Positions 18,986 through 27,640 are shown, numbered from the stretch's first letter. The stretch is 64,000 bases of DNA from an uncultured Burkholderiales bacterium (GCA_903861115.1 CAIOTD010000169.1:669-64668); one strand, 5' to 3'. The notes: a model not told the origin generated them from the sequence alone. A program made the numbers and translations.

Positions 18986-19999
18986 TTGAAAACGACGCCA
19001 CTTTTGCTTGTAGGCGCGCTTTTTTTAGGGGCCTTTTTTTTAGGTCCACGCACCTCTTATGAGCCCATCGACTTTAAGCTTGAGCGCCATGTGCCAGAGC
19101 GACTGAGCGAGTTGGATGGGTGGCTAAAGCTCAAAGAGTCGGCCTTTAAAAATATCAAAGCCAACAATGAAAAAACCATTGTCTGGGCCAACGGGGAAAG
19201 AGCGACCACTCCTTGGTCTGTTGTCTACATTCACGGTTTTTCCGCCTCTCGACTTGAATCGGCACCGCTGGCGGAATTGGTCGCGGACAAACTCAAGGCC
19301 AATGTGTTCTACACGCGCTTGAGCGGACATGGTCAACGCCCAGAAGATCTAAAAAACGCCACCCCCCATCTTTGGGTGAACGACTATTTAGAGGCCTTGG
19401 AAATAGGACACCGCATTGGCAAGCGGGTACTGGTGATCAGTTGCTCAACGGGCTCCACCATCGCGGCCCTTGCATCACAAATGCATGGCACGAAAGATAC
19501 ACACGATGCGCAAGACGCTCGCAATCGTGAGGCACATGTGTTCATCTCCCCCAACTTTGGGCCCAAAGACAAGCGCGCTGAAATCATCTTGGCGCCGTGG
19601 GGCGAGCAGTTGGCCTTTTTGATCGAGGGCAAAACCCACCTGAGCGCATCACCAGAGCCCGATGAACAATTGGGCTGGTACGACGCCTATCCAACAGAGT
19701 CCCTTTTTCCCATGATGTATATGGTTAAATTGGCCAGGAACAGCCGACTGCAAGATTTCAACAGCCCTTTGTTGGTTTTGTACAGCGAAAGAGACCGTGT
19801 GGTTGATGTGGAGAAAATCAAAACCGCTTTTGCTCAACTCGGGAGCCAGTCCAAAACGCTCATCTCCATTGAGGATAGCGACAGCAAGGGGCAACACGTT
19901 TTGGCTGGACGCATCAAGGCACCCAAAGCACTTGAACCCATCAAGGAGCAAATTGTCCAATGGGTCCACACCCTCGAGCACGCTCAGGGCTTGAGGTAA
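18986..19999 (+). CDS. Alpha/beta hydrolase with N-terminal signal/anchor
   Basis: 337 aa with a TTG start. Hydrophobic N-terminus LLLVGALFLGAFFLGP. HGFSASR oxyanion region and the nucleophile elbow ISCSTGST. Confidence 0.7.
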   Translation: MKTTPLLLVGALFLGAFFLGPRTSYEPIDFKLERHVPERLSELDGWLKLKESAFKNIKANNEKTIVWANGERATTPWSVVYIHGFSASRLESAPLAELVADKLKANVFYTRLSGHGQRPEDLKNATPHLWVNDYLEALEIGHRIGKRVLVISCSTGSTIAALASQMHGTKDTHDAQDARNREAHVFISPNFGPKDKRAEIILAPWGEQLAFLIEGKTHLSASPEPDEQLGWYDAYPTESLFPMMYMVKLARNSRLQDFNSPLLVLYSERDRVVDVEKIKTAFAQLGSQSKTLISIEDSDSKGQHVLAGRIKAPKALEPIKEQIVQWVHTLEHAQGLR

Positions 20000-20397
20000 G
20001 CGAAGCCTTCTTTGTTTTGAAGCCGGGTGATTCGAACCACGCCAGAGCTTGTGAAGTCCGCATCCAGGATGAATTGGTCTTTGCTCAGACCTCTATTTTT
20101 CATGGTGTACTCACACACCTCAAACACCACCCCTTTGGACTTCAAGTCAGAGATCAGGGGCGCGTACTCCAGCTTTGCGTTTTTATCGACCGCACCTTGC
20201 ATCAGCATGTCCACGCCAAGGGCATGGGTGACGGCAATGATTTTCGTGTCCGGCGCCGCCTCCAACTGATTTCTCATATTTCTAAGCCCTTTGAGGGCTT
20301 GCACATCGGTTTGATCAAAGTGGTAGACCACCTTGTCTTGTGCAAACAGCAGAGTGCAAAACAGGCACGCCAAAAAAATCAAACAACTTTTTATCAT
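19984..20397 (-). CDS. DsrE/DsrF-like (COG1416-type) protein with signal peptide
   Basis: 137 aa. N-terminal MIKSCLIFLACLFCTLLFAQD. Family-like strings VVYHF, IIAVTHALGVDML, GVVFEVCEYTMKNRGL and SSGVVRITRLQNKEGFAYLKP. Confidence 0.65.
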   Translation of the reverse strand: MIKSCLIFLACLFCTLLFAQDKVVYHFDQTDVQALKGLRNMRNQLEAAPDTKIIAVTHALGVDMLMQGAVDKNAKLEYAPLISDLKSKGVVFEVCEYTMKNRGLSKDQFILDADFTSSGVVRITRLQNKEGFAYLKP

Positions 20398-20463
20398 GAA
20401 GGTAAAAATTTCAAATGGATCAGAGGGTCGTTTTTTATACTGTTGCCCAAAAGGGTTGAGGTA

Positions 20464-22011
20464 TCAGTACTGCACTTTCTTCAACTCAACGCTGTTGTCC
20501 TCAAGCTTATCGAGTTGGTTGTTCAACTGGGTCACCGTATTTTTGATGGCTTCGACTCGACCGTGAAATTCATCTGATTTCTTCTTTCGAGCCAATGCTA
20601 TTTTTTCTTCTTGCGTCAATACCTTGGTCGGTTCAATCACGGCCTTCTTGGTTTGCAAGGGCTCGGTCTTGAGCAAAGACTGCGCGCTCTGACTCGACGC
20701 CTCGAGCTTGGGGGCATTGCGCTCGCGTCGAATGGCGTCAAATTTTGCACGTCGATCGCTGATGCTTGAGGCATCAATTTTTGCATGGTTGTCTTCAATG
20801 GGATGGCTGTCGTCTACGGGCAAGACATGGTCTTGGACAACTTCAGCGGCCACGTTTGCTGCATTGTCTGACCCATTGCTTGGATCAATTCGCACCTTGT
20901 TGTCATCAATTGCATCGACCTTGATGCCAACCGAGCGGTCAACCAGTTTTTCCGAGTAGGCTTTCTCTGTTTGTTTGAGCTCGTATACCGTGCCCTCAAT
21001 GTGGGCCACATTGTCAGCATCTTCGCCTTTAGGAAGGGGCTGCACATTGTTGCTCGGGGCATCATGTTGCAGGGAAATATCGTTGCTGTGGGCTTGCTCG
21101 CCAGGCACTTTTTGTGCATTGTCAGCGACCTTTGAAGCGTCTAACTTGATGGCGTTGTCTGAACCCACTGGGGATGCAACACTCTGAACATTGTTGCCCG
21201 CTTGAGAAGCCTCTAATTTTGCCTGGTTATCAGCGCTTTTGCCTTGATCGATCGATTGAACATTGTTGCCCGCTTGAGAAGCCTCTAATTTTGCCTGGTT
21301 ATCAGCGCTTTTGCCTTGATCGATCGATTGAACATTGTTGGCGCTCTTTGCCAAATCCAATTTCGCATTGTTTTCTGAGGTTTTTGATTGTTCTATGCTT
21401 TGAACGTTCTTGCCGGCTTGAGTCCCGTCAATTTGGAGCTTGTGATCGGTGACGTTGTCCAGGCCTGCTTTTTGTAAGTTGTCTTCTAACTTGGAAGCCC
21501 TTACTTTTTGCAAATTATCGTCTGAAGAATCTTGATCGATTTTGAGCTGGTTGGTGGATGCCGAATCATTTTTTTCCAGATGACTGGTGTTCTTTTGGGC
21601 CTTGTCTTGTTCAAGTGCTTGGCGCCGATCTTTGATCTGATCCACATCCATGCCTTCAAGGTGATCTTTGGATGGCAAGGAGGATTTGACTTGCTGAAGA
21701 TTGTTTGAGCTTTCAGCCGCGTCTAATTTTTGCAAGTGATCTTTTTGAGCATCCACCGCAATTTTTAAATCATCGGAGGTGATCGCATTTGAAATCACGG
21801 GTGCTTTGCCCGAACTTGCCTCATCAGAGGACAAAAGATTTTCTAAATGCTGATCCAAATCGATGTGTTCTTCTGACGCAACTTTTCCTTTGGGGTCCTC
21901 GTCGCCGGCTTTGACCCAGCTTTTTTTGCCCTTTGCATTCAAAGAGCCCGCCACCACCTCTACATTGTGGGGCGTGTCGTTTCTGACGATAAAAGGCTTG
22001 TTTTCTGACAT
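20464..22011 (-). CDS. Hydrophilic 12-residue-repeat protein, unknown family
   Basis: 515-aa open frame with no signal peptide or TM segment. About 28 consecutive units fit [D/N]-N-x-x-K-L-[D/E]-x5. The C-terminus is Lys-rich and heptad-like. Coding status is supported by the long frame and in-frame repeats. Confidence 0.75.
   Translation of the reverse strand: MSENKPFIVRNDTPHNVEVVAGSLNAKGKKSWVKAGDEDPKGKVASEEHIDLDQHLENLLSSDEASSGKAPVISNAITSDDLKIAVDAQKDHLQKLDAAESSNNLQQVKSSLPSKDHLEGMDVDQIKDRRQALEQDKAQKNTSHLEKNDSASTNQLKIDQDSSDDNLQKVRASKLEDNLQKAGLDNVTDHKLQIDGTQAGKNVQSIEQSKTSENNAKLDLAKSANNVQSIDQGKSADNQAKLEASQAGNNVQSIDQGKSADNQAKLEASQAGNNVQSVASPVGSDNAIKLDASKVADNAQKVPGEQAHSNDISLQHDAPSNNVQPLPKGEDADNVAHIEGTVYELKQTEKAYSEKLVDRSVGIKVDAIDDNKVRIDPSNGSDNAANVAAEVVQDHVLPVDDSHPIEDNHAKIDASSISDRRAKFDAIRRERNAPKLEASSQSAQSLLKTEPLQTKKAVIEPTKVLTQEEKIALARKKKSDEFHGRVEAIKNTVTQLNNQLDKLEDNSVELKKVQY
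21185..21340 (-). repeat. Perfect 72-bp tandem duplication (2 full copies + 12-nt start of a third) inside the repeat-protein gene
   Basis: Copies start at 21185, 21257 and 21329 (tgaacattgttgcccgcttgagaagcctctaattttgcctggttatcagcgcttttgccttgatcgatcgat). Each copy encodes NNVQSIDQGKSADNQAKLEASQAG, which is 24 aa or two 12-aa units. Confidence 0.9.
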
Positions 22012-22296
22012 GAAGGACTTTTCGCTTGTTTTGATGTTCTGTTGACCTATGAAAAAATGAACATCACCATCTTTCGCTCAGTGTGAAGGGGTCGCCTGCG
22101 CAAGATCGTCGCGCACCAACTGCTACACCAGCAAGAAGTCTGCACGCACATCCGAACCCAAACACACTCTACACATCTTATTATCGGCACAAGACGATCT
22201 TTATGTACGGCAACCATTACATTTAGTCCATCCAAAAAAAATATTGATACTAAAGGTCTCATTTTTTGATGTGTTCATCCTGAGTCAAGCGCTTAG

Positions 22297-22359
22297 AGCT
22301 GACTTTTTTAGATTCTAATCTGACCATGCCTTAAGCTATAGCCCTTGAAAAAGTCAGCT
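22297..22359 (+). promoter_or_regulatory. 12-bp perfect inverted repeat with 39-nt spacer in the kup (second copy) upstream/leader region
   Basis: agctgacttttt (22297-22308) pairs with aaaaagtcagct (22348-22359). The spacer contains a small nested hairpin, agatt-ct-aatct. The element ends 50 nt upstream of ATG 22409, and no U-tract follows on either strand. Confidence 0.35.
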
Positions 22360-22408
22360 TGGCGACAAGCACAGCCCATCAGGCGTCCCCACAAAAACAT
22401 CGAACTTC

Positions 22409-24349
22409 ATGTCACTCAGTCACCCTGCTCTTTCTAACTCAAAACAACTGGGACCCGTATCCATTGAGCAAGACAAGCACATTGCTCGGGGAAGTGTTCT
22501 GTCCCTCGCGTTGATGGCCATGGGTGTGGTTTTTGGTGACATTGGTACAAGCCCACTGTATGCCATCAAGATTTGTTTTGATCCGATCCACGGCATTGAG
22601 TTGAACGAGGTCTCCATTTTTGGCGTGATGTCACTCATTTTTTGGACCTTGACCTTGGTGGTCTCTGTCAAATACATGCTCTTTGTCATGAGAGCAGACA
22701 ACCATGGCGAGGGTGGCATTTTGGCACTTTTGGCTTTGGCACTTAAAAACACAAAGAACAACTCAACAAAAGCCAAGCTCTTGATTTCACTGGGTGTCAT
22801 TGGCGCGAGTCTTTTTTATGGTGAATCGGTGCTTACACCAGCGATCTCTATTCTCTCTGCGGTTGAAGGCATCACCGTTGCTTCAGAAAGCTTTTCCAAA
22901 TACATCATCGCCGCAACGGTCTTGATTGTTTTCCTTTTGTTCTTGTTCCAAGAAAAGGGCACGAGCGTTGTGAATAAATTGTTTGGCCCCGTGATGCTTC
23001 TTTGGTTCTTGGTCATTGCAGGCATGGGTGTGCATGAAATTTTTGCATATCCACAAATATTGATGGCAATTCATCCCCTTTATGCGTTCGAATTCATCCA
23101 TCAACACAAAGCCATGGCATTTGCAGCAAGTGGATCCATTTTTTTGGTGATCACAGGGGCCGAGGTCTTGTACGCGGACATGGGTCATTTCGGCGTCAAA
23201 CCGATTCGCTACGCCTGGTATGCCTTTGTCATGCCGTGCTTGGTGCTTAACTACTTTGGCCAAGGGGCGATGTTGATCAATCACCCGGAAAATATCGGTA
23301 ACCCCTTCTTTGCCATGGCCTCTGAAAATTGGGTCTTTTGTTTGGTTTTGTTCTCGATCGTGGCCACGGTGATTGCCTCTCAGGCCTGTATTTCAGGTGC
23401 TTACTCCATGACCAGTCAAGGCATCATGCTGGGGTTCATTCCCAGAATGAAACTTGTGCACACCTCTGAGAAAAAAATTGCACGCATTTATGTGCCCTTC
23501 ATCAACTGGCTGCTGTGCTTGGCTGTGATCTTATCCATCCTTGCGTTTCAGCGTTCAGATCATTTGGCCTTTGCTTACGGCATTGCCGTGTCGATCACCA
23601 TGCTCATGACGACCTTTCTTTTAGCGGTGATCATGCGAGACGTATGGAAGTGGCCCAAAGGGGGCATTGCCGCCATCGTGTGTGTCTTCGTGTTCTTGGA
23701 CCTCAGCTTGTTTTTGTCAAACACGGAAAAAATACTTGAAGGGGGCTGGTTCCCCATGGCCATTGCTTGCGTCATCTATTTGATGATGATGACTTGGTTC
23801 CAAGGGCGCAATTTGCTCAGAGAAAAAACCATTGTCTTAGGCGTCAACATAGAAGACTTCATGGCAAGCTTGATAGAGCATCCGCCCCACCGGGTCGAGG
23901 GGACGGCTATTTTCTTTACTTCGCACATTGATTTTGTGCCTCCCGCTTTTTTGCACAACCTCAAGCACAACCGTGTCTTGCATGAAAGAATTCTTTTTTT
24001 AAAGGTCAGCGTTTGGGATGTCCCGCGCGTGGCCGATGCGCAAAGGGTCAGCCTTCGTGAAATTCATAAAAATGTGTTTCTGGTGCGTGCCATCTTTGGT
24101 TTTAAAGAGACCCCAGATATTTCACGCGTGATGGCCTTGCTGAAAGAACACCACGACCTCAGTTGCCCCTTGATGTCATGCTCCTTCTTCATGGCCCGAG
24201 ACTCTTTGATCCCCAAAGAAATTCCACAAATGGCCATGTGGCGTGAGTCGCTCTTCATTTGGATGCTTCAAAACTCAACCCGAGCATCCGACTTCTTTAA
24301 AGTCGATTCTGGCAGGCTCATTGAATTAGGCACCAAAATTGAGTTGTGA
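22409..24349 (+). CDS. kup: KUP/HAK/KT family potassium transporter (second, divergent paralogue)
   Basis: 646 aa. GVVFGDIGTSPLYAIK signature, a polytopic membrane domain and a soluble C-terminal domain. Confidence 0.95.
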   Translation: MSLSHPALSNSKQLGPVSIEQDKHIARGSVLSLALMAMGVVFGDIGTSPLYAIKICFDPIHGIELNEVSIFGVMSLIFWTLTLVVSVKYMLFVMRADNHGEGGILALLALALKNTKNNSTKAKLLISLGVIGASLFYGESVLTPAISILSAVEGITVASESFSKYIIAATVLIVFLLFLFQEKGTSVVNKLFGPVMLLWFLVIAGMGVHEIFAYPQILMAIHPLYAFEFIHQHKAMAFAASGSIFLVITGAEVLYADMGHFGVKPIRYAWYAFVMPCLVLNYFGQGAMLINHPENIGNPFFAMASENWVFCLVLFSIVATVIASQACISGAYSMTSQGIMLGFIPRMKLVHTSEKKIARIYVPFINWLLCLAVILSILAFQRSDHLAFAYGIAVSITMLMTTFLLAVIMRDVWKWPKGGIAAIVCVFVFLDLSLFLSNTEKILEGGWFPMAIACVIYLMMMTWFQGRNLLREKTIVLGVNIEDFMASLIEHPPHRVEGTAIFFTSHIDFVPPAFLHNLKHNRVLHERILFLKVSVWDVPRVADAQRVSLREIHKNVFLVRAIFGFKETPDISRVMALLKEHHDLSCPLMSCSFFMARDSLIPKEIPQMAMWRESLFIWMLQNSTRASDFFKVDSGRLIELGTKIEL

Positions 24350-24376
24350 TGAACGCCCTCGAACCATCGCGTTCAT
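24349..24376. terminator. Hairpin between convergent kup and Bug genes (possible bidirectional terminator)
   Basis: atgaacgc-N12-gcgttcat forms a perfect 8-bp stem that overlaps both stop codons. There is no clear U-tract. Confidence 0.3.
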
Positions 24377-25347
24377 TACTGCGCCTTGATTTGGGCCTCA
24401 TCAATGACTTTGGCGTACTTTTCAAACTGCGATTTGATGTAGAGGGAGAAATCCTTGCTGTTTAAATAGGAGGGATAGAGTCCCGCCACAAAAAGCTTTT
24501 GCTGCGTCTCTGGCTCCTTTAAGGCTGCAGCAAAGTCTTCATTGAGTTTAGACACAATGTCTTTGGGCGTGCCTGCTGGAGCGGCCACACCAAACCATGC
24601 TGCGGCCTCGTAATCTTTGTACCCCAACTCGTGCACAGAAGGCACCCCTTTAAGCGCCTCGAGTCGGCCAAGCGTGGTCACGGCCAAAGCTCTTAACTTT
24701 TGCCCTTCGATCATTGCTGAAACCTCAGACAAATTGGTCAGCACCGCACTCACGTGCCCACCCATCACCGCATTCGCCGCCAACAAGCCCCCAGAAAAAG
24801 GCACATAGGTCAAATCCATCCCCACCATTTTTTTGAGCAACTCTCCCGCAATGTGCTGCGTGGAGGACGGTCCCACGGTCGAGTAACTCAAGACCCCAGG
24901 TTGAGCTTTCGCCGCATCAACAAAATCCTTGAACGTTGCGTAAGGGCTTTGCGAGCTCACCGCAAAGACCTGTGGCGAATAGGTCAGCAAAGCAATGGGA
25001 TCAAACGCCTTTAAACCGTCATAAGGCATGTTGGTGTTGAGCTTGGCATTGATCACCAAACTGTTGGCGATGATGAGCAAGGTATAGCCATCTTGAGGCG
25101 CTTTGGCGACCAGCGCCCCACCAATGACGGTGCCGCCCCCGGGCTTGTTCTCAACGATGACGGACTGCCCCCATTTTTTGCTCAAAGCTTGACCCATCAC
25201 GCGAGCCAAAGTATCCACGGAGCCGCCAGCCGGAAATGGCACAACAATTTTGACCGGCTTATTGGGAAAGGGTTGAGCAAAAATGGCATTGCTCGCCAGT
25301 ACAAAAATCAAACCAACAAAAATGCCCAAGCAATTGATCCATCTCAT
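24376..25347 (-). CDS. Bug/TctC-family substrate-binding protein
   Basis: 323 aa. Signal peptide MRWINCLGIFVGLIFVLASNAIFAQ. Motif VVPFPAGGSVDTLAR...ENKPGGG. Confidence 0.9.
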   Translation of the reverse strand: MRWINCLGIFVGLIFVLASNAIFAQPFPNKPVKIVVPFPAGGSVDTLARVMGQALSKKWGQSVIVENKPGGGTVIGGALVAKAPQDGYTLLIIANSLVINAKLNTNMPYDGLKAFDPIALLTYSPQVFAVSSQSPYATFKDFVDAAKAQPGVLSYSTVGPSSTQHIAGELLKKMVGMDLTYVPFSGGLLAANAVMGGHVSAVLTNLSEVSAMIEGQKLRALAVTTLGRLEALKGVPSVHELGYKDYEAAAWFGVAAPAGTPKDIVSKLNEDFAAALKEPETQQKLFVAGLYPSYLNSKDFSLYIKSQFEKYAKVIDEAQIKAQ

Positions 25348-25422
25348 CTTACTGCCCCTTGTGACGTTATGAAATCATTCTAATTTTTAGGAGCTGAAAC
25401 ACGTATAGGTGTTTGCCTTTAA

Positions 25423-26091
25423 TCACCAACCCAACTCGAGGCCATCGTGGTTGAGAAACTTACCCGTGTCTTTGGGTCCCAGCGCTTCGATGGTTTTGAG
25501 CATGTTGGTGACACTTGTCTTGGCGCTGAGAGGGGCCGCACTGGTGCCCATGTCGGTCTGAACCCAACCTGGACTCATCGCAACCAGGACCAAATCTTTG
25601 TGTTGTTTGGAGGCGCTGTGGATGGCCATGTTCAAAGCAGCTTTGGAGATTTTGTAGACCCAACCTGCGCTGTCTTGTGTCAAAGAGATGCTGGCCATGA
25701 CGCTGCTGATACTGACCCACTTGCCACCATGGGGCACCAAGCACTGGGTCAAGACGGGCAGCATTTGAACCACACATCCAACATTGGTGTGCATGACGTC
25801 GTCAAACTGCCCAAGGGTCAAGGCATTCATTGCATCTAAGCGAGGGCCAAAAACACCCGCCACGTGAAGCACACAGTCAAAACGCTCAGCGCTCAGTGCG
25901 ATTAAAAATTGCTCAATGCTTTTGGGCTTTGCCACATCGAGTTGCAGTGCTTTGGCGCCAAGGGCTTCTAACCGATCCAAGCCCACTGGATCCCTTGCCG
26001 TTGCAATGACACTTGCGCCACTGGCGCACAACTGCCGAACGAACTCCAAGCCAATGCCTCTTGATGCGCCAATGATCAAAATATTTTTCAT
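25423..26091 (-). CDS. Short-chain dehydrogenase/reductase (SDR)
   Basis: 222 aa. Cofactor motif ILIIGASRGIGLEF and catalytic YKISKAAL. The start overlaps the upstream GST stop by 4 nt. Confidence 0.85.
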   Translation of the reverse strand: MKNILIIGASRGIGLEFVRQLCASGASVIATARDPVGLDRLEALGAKALQLDVAKPKSIEQFLIALSAERFDCVLHVAGVFGPRLDAMNALTLGQFDDVMHTNVGCVVQMLPVLTQCLVPHGGKWVSISSVMASISLTQDSAGWVYKISKAALNMAIHSASKQHKDLVLVAMSPGWVQTDMGTSAAPLSAKTSVTNMLKTIEALGPKDTGKFLNHDGLELGW

Positions 26092-26789
26092 GGGGGACTC
26101 GTTTTTAAGCGTTTGTTTTGAGGAAACAAGAAGTCTTTGGCCTCCTCGTCGAGCTCAGCTTTAAAAGCATGTCGAGTCTTTAAGCCTTCCGCTTTTTGCG
26201 CGGCTTTGCGCGAATTGATTTCATCGAGCAAGCGCTTGATGTGCGGGAACTGAGCCCATGCATCGTCAAGTCCCAACACATAAGGAATCATTCGAGCCCA
26301 ACCCCAAAAAGCCATGTCCACAATGGAGTACGCATCGCCCAAGAAGTAATGATGGGTTTTCAAATGGTTTTCGACAATTGTCCAGTGTCGATTTGCTTCA
26401 AAATCATAGCGGTTGAGTGCGTAATTTTGAGGCTTTGGCGCGGCATGACGAAAATGAACCGATTGCCCAGAAAAAGGTCCCACCCCACTAGCAATGAACA
26501 TCAACCACGAATACATCTTCGCTCTTTGTGCAAGATCGCTTGCAGGAGGCATGAACTGGCCGTATTTTTCTGCCAAGAAAAGCAAGATCGCATTGCTGTC
26601 AAAAACCACCACACCGTCGTCCACAATGGCGGGTACTTTGTTGTTGGGATTGATGGCCGTGAAATCCACAGCAAATTGCTCCCCCTTCCTTGTATCGACC
26701 GGGTGGGGCACAAAGGGCACACCCAACTCTTCTAACAAAAGGGCCACTTTCATCGGATTGGGGGCGGCGTTGTAGTAAAAATCGATCAT
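26088..26789 (-). CDS. Glutathione S-transferase family protein
   Basis: 233 aa. GST-N fold (NPMKVALLLEELGVPF, NPNNKVPAIVDDG) and a GST-C helical domain. Confidence 0.8.
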   Translation of the reverse strand: MIDFYYNAAPNPMKVALLLEELGVPFVPHPVDTRKGEQFAVDFTAINPNNKVPAIVDDGVVVFDSNAILLFLAEKYGQFMPPASDLAQRAKMYSWLMFIASGVGPFSGQSVHFRHAAPKPQNYALNRYDFEANRHWTIVENHLKTHHYFLGDAYSIVDMAFWGWARMIPYVLGLDDAWAQFPHIKRLLDEINSRKAAQKAEGLKTRHAFKAELDEEAKDFLFPQNKRLKTSPP

Positions 26790-27037
26790 GAAACGGGCTC
26801 CAAAAGGTTCTAGTTTAAAAGCTTAAAGGCTTGATAAAAACGCAGGGCTCCATTATGAAAAAAAACCTCTGTGTCTTCAAATGAGCGTATTTTGTAAAGA
26901 TGGTGAAAAGATTTAAGGGTTAATGATAGGGCGCCTAACAAAGAATAATAGCGTTTAGGGACAAAAACCGTTGGCTTTGTGGTTAGAATTCTCGTAATAA
27001 GAACAAAAATTCAACTCCATTGACCTGAAAGATTCCA

Positions 27038-27565
27038 ATGATTCAAACAAAATTACTTCTGACTTGCATTACTTTGGCCGTTTTGGCCTCTTGCTCAAGC
27101 ACAAAACCTGCGCCAGCGCCCCAAGCCGCTGTTGAGACCCCAGTTCAGCCCAAAGCGGATCTTTCTGCAAAAGCACAAACAGCCGTGGCAAAAGTGGTGG
27201 TCAGCCCCTTTGACGACCCAAGCTCACCTCTTTCTAAAAAGAGCGTGTTTTTTGATTTTGACAAATACACGATCAACCAAGCCGATGGCGTCATCGTCAC
27301 AGCTCACGCAAAATACATGGCCGGCAACAAAGCGGCCAAAGTGCGTCTCGAAGGCAATGCAGACGAGCGCGGTGGTAGAGAGTACAACTTGGCACTTGGA
27401 CAAAAAAGAGCCGATGCTGTTAAAAAGGCGCTTGAGCTCGTAGGCGCGTCAGAGGCCAACGTCGAGGCCGTTTCATTTGGCAAAGAAAAGCCTGTCGACT
27501 TTAGCCACAACGAAGATGCCTGGGCGAAGAACCGCCGCGTTGACATCAAATACACCGCGAGATAA
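27038..27565 (+). CDS. pal: Peptidoglycan-associated lipoprotein (Pal-like, OmpA-C domain)
   Basis: 175 aa. Lipobox LAVLASC. OmpA-like domain VFFDFDKYTI...RLEGNADERGGREYNLALGQKRADAV...NRRVDIKY. Confidence 0.85.
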   Translation: MIQTKLLLTCITLAVLASCSSTKPAPAPQAAVETPVQPKADLSAKAQTAVAKVVVSPFDDPSSPLSKKSVFFDFDKYTINQADGVIVTAHAKYMAGNKAAKVRLEGNADERGGREYNLALGQKRADAVKKALELVGASEANVEAVSFGKEKPVDFSHNEDAWAKNRRVDIKYTAR

Positions 27566-27600
27566 TCAAAGCCCTCTTGATGGAGGGGCTCAGAAGGTAA

Positions 27601-27640
27601 ATAACCATGATTCAGTTCAATGAACCATGGTTATTTTTTG
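27601..27640 (+). terminator. Rho-independent terminator downstream of pal
   Basis: ataaccatgattc-agttcaat-gaaccatggttat forms a 13-bp stem with one mismatch, immediately followed by tttttt. Confidence 0.6.

Noticed and set aside
19960-20577. 205-aa plus-strand ORF
   Set aside because: It overlaps the DsrE-like gene and the 3' end of the repeat-protein gene on the opposite strand. No recognisable domain is present, so the minus-strand calls explain the region better.
21100-21450. Possible CRISPR array, because of the regularly spaced direct repeats
   Set aside because: The repeats are contiguous with no spacers, keep an open reading frame, and have a 36/72-nt period equal to the protein repeat. 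No cas genes are present. It is a coding tandem repeat.
26855-26884. 9-codon mini-ORF (MKKNLCVFK) upstream of pal, considered as a leader peptide
   Set aside because: It has no associated alternative hairpins, no regulatory-codon run and no RBS. It is most likely a chance ORF in an AT-rich promoter region.
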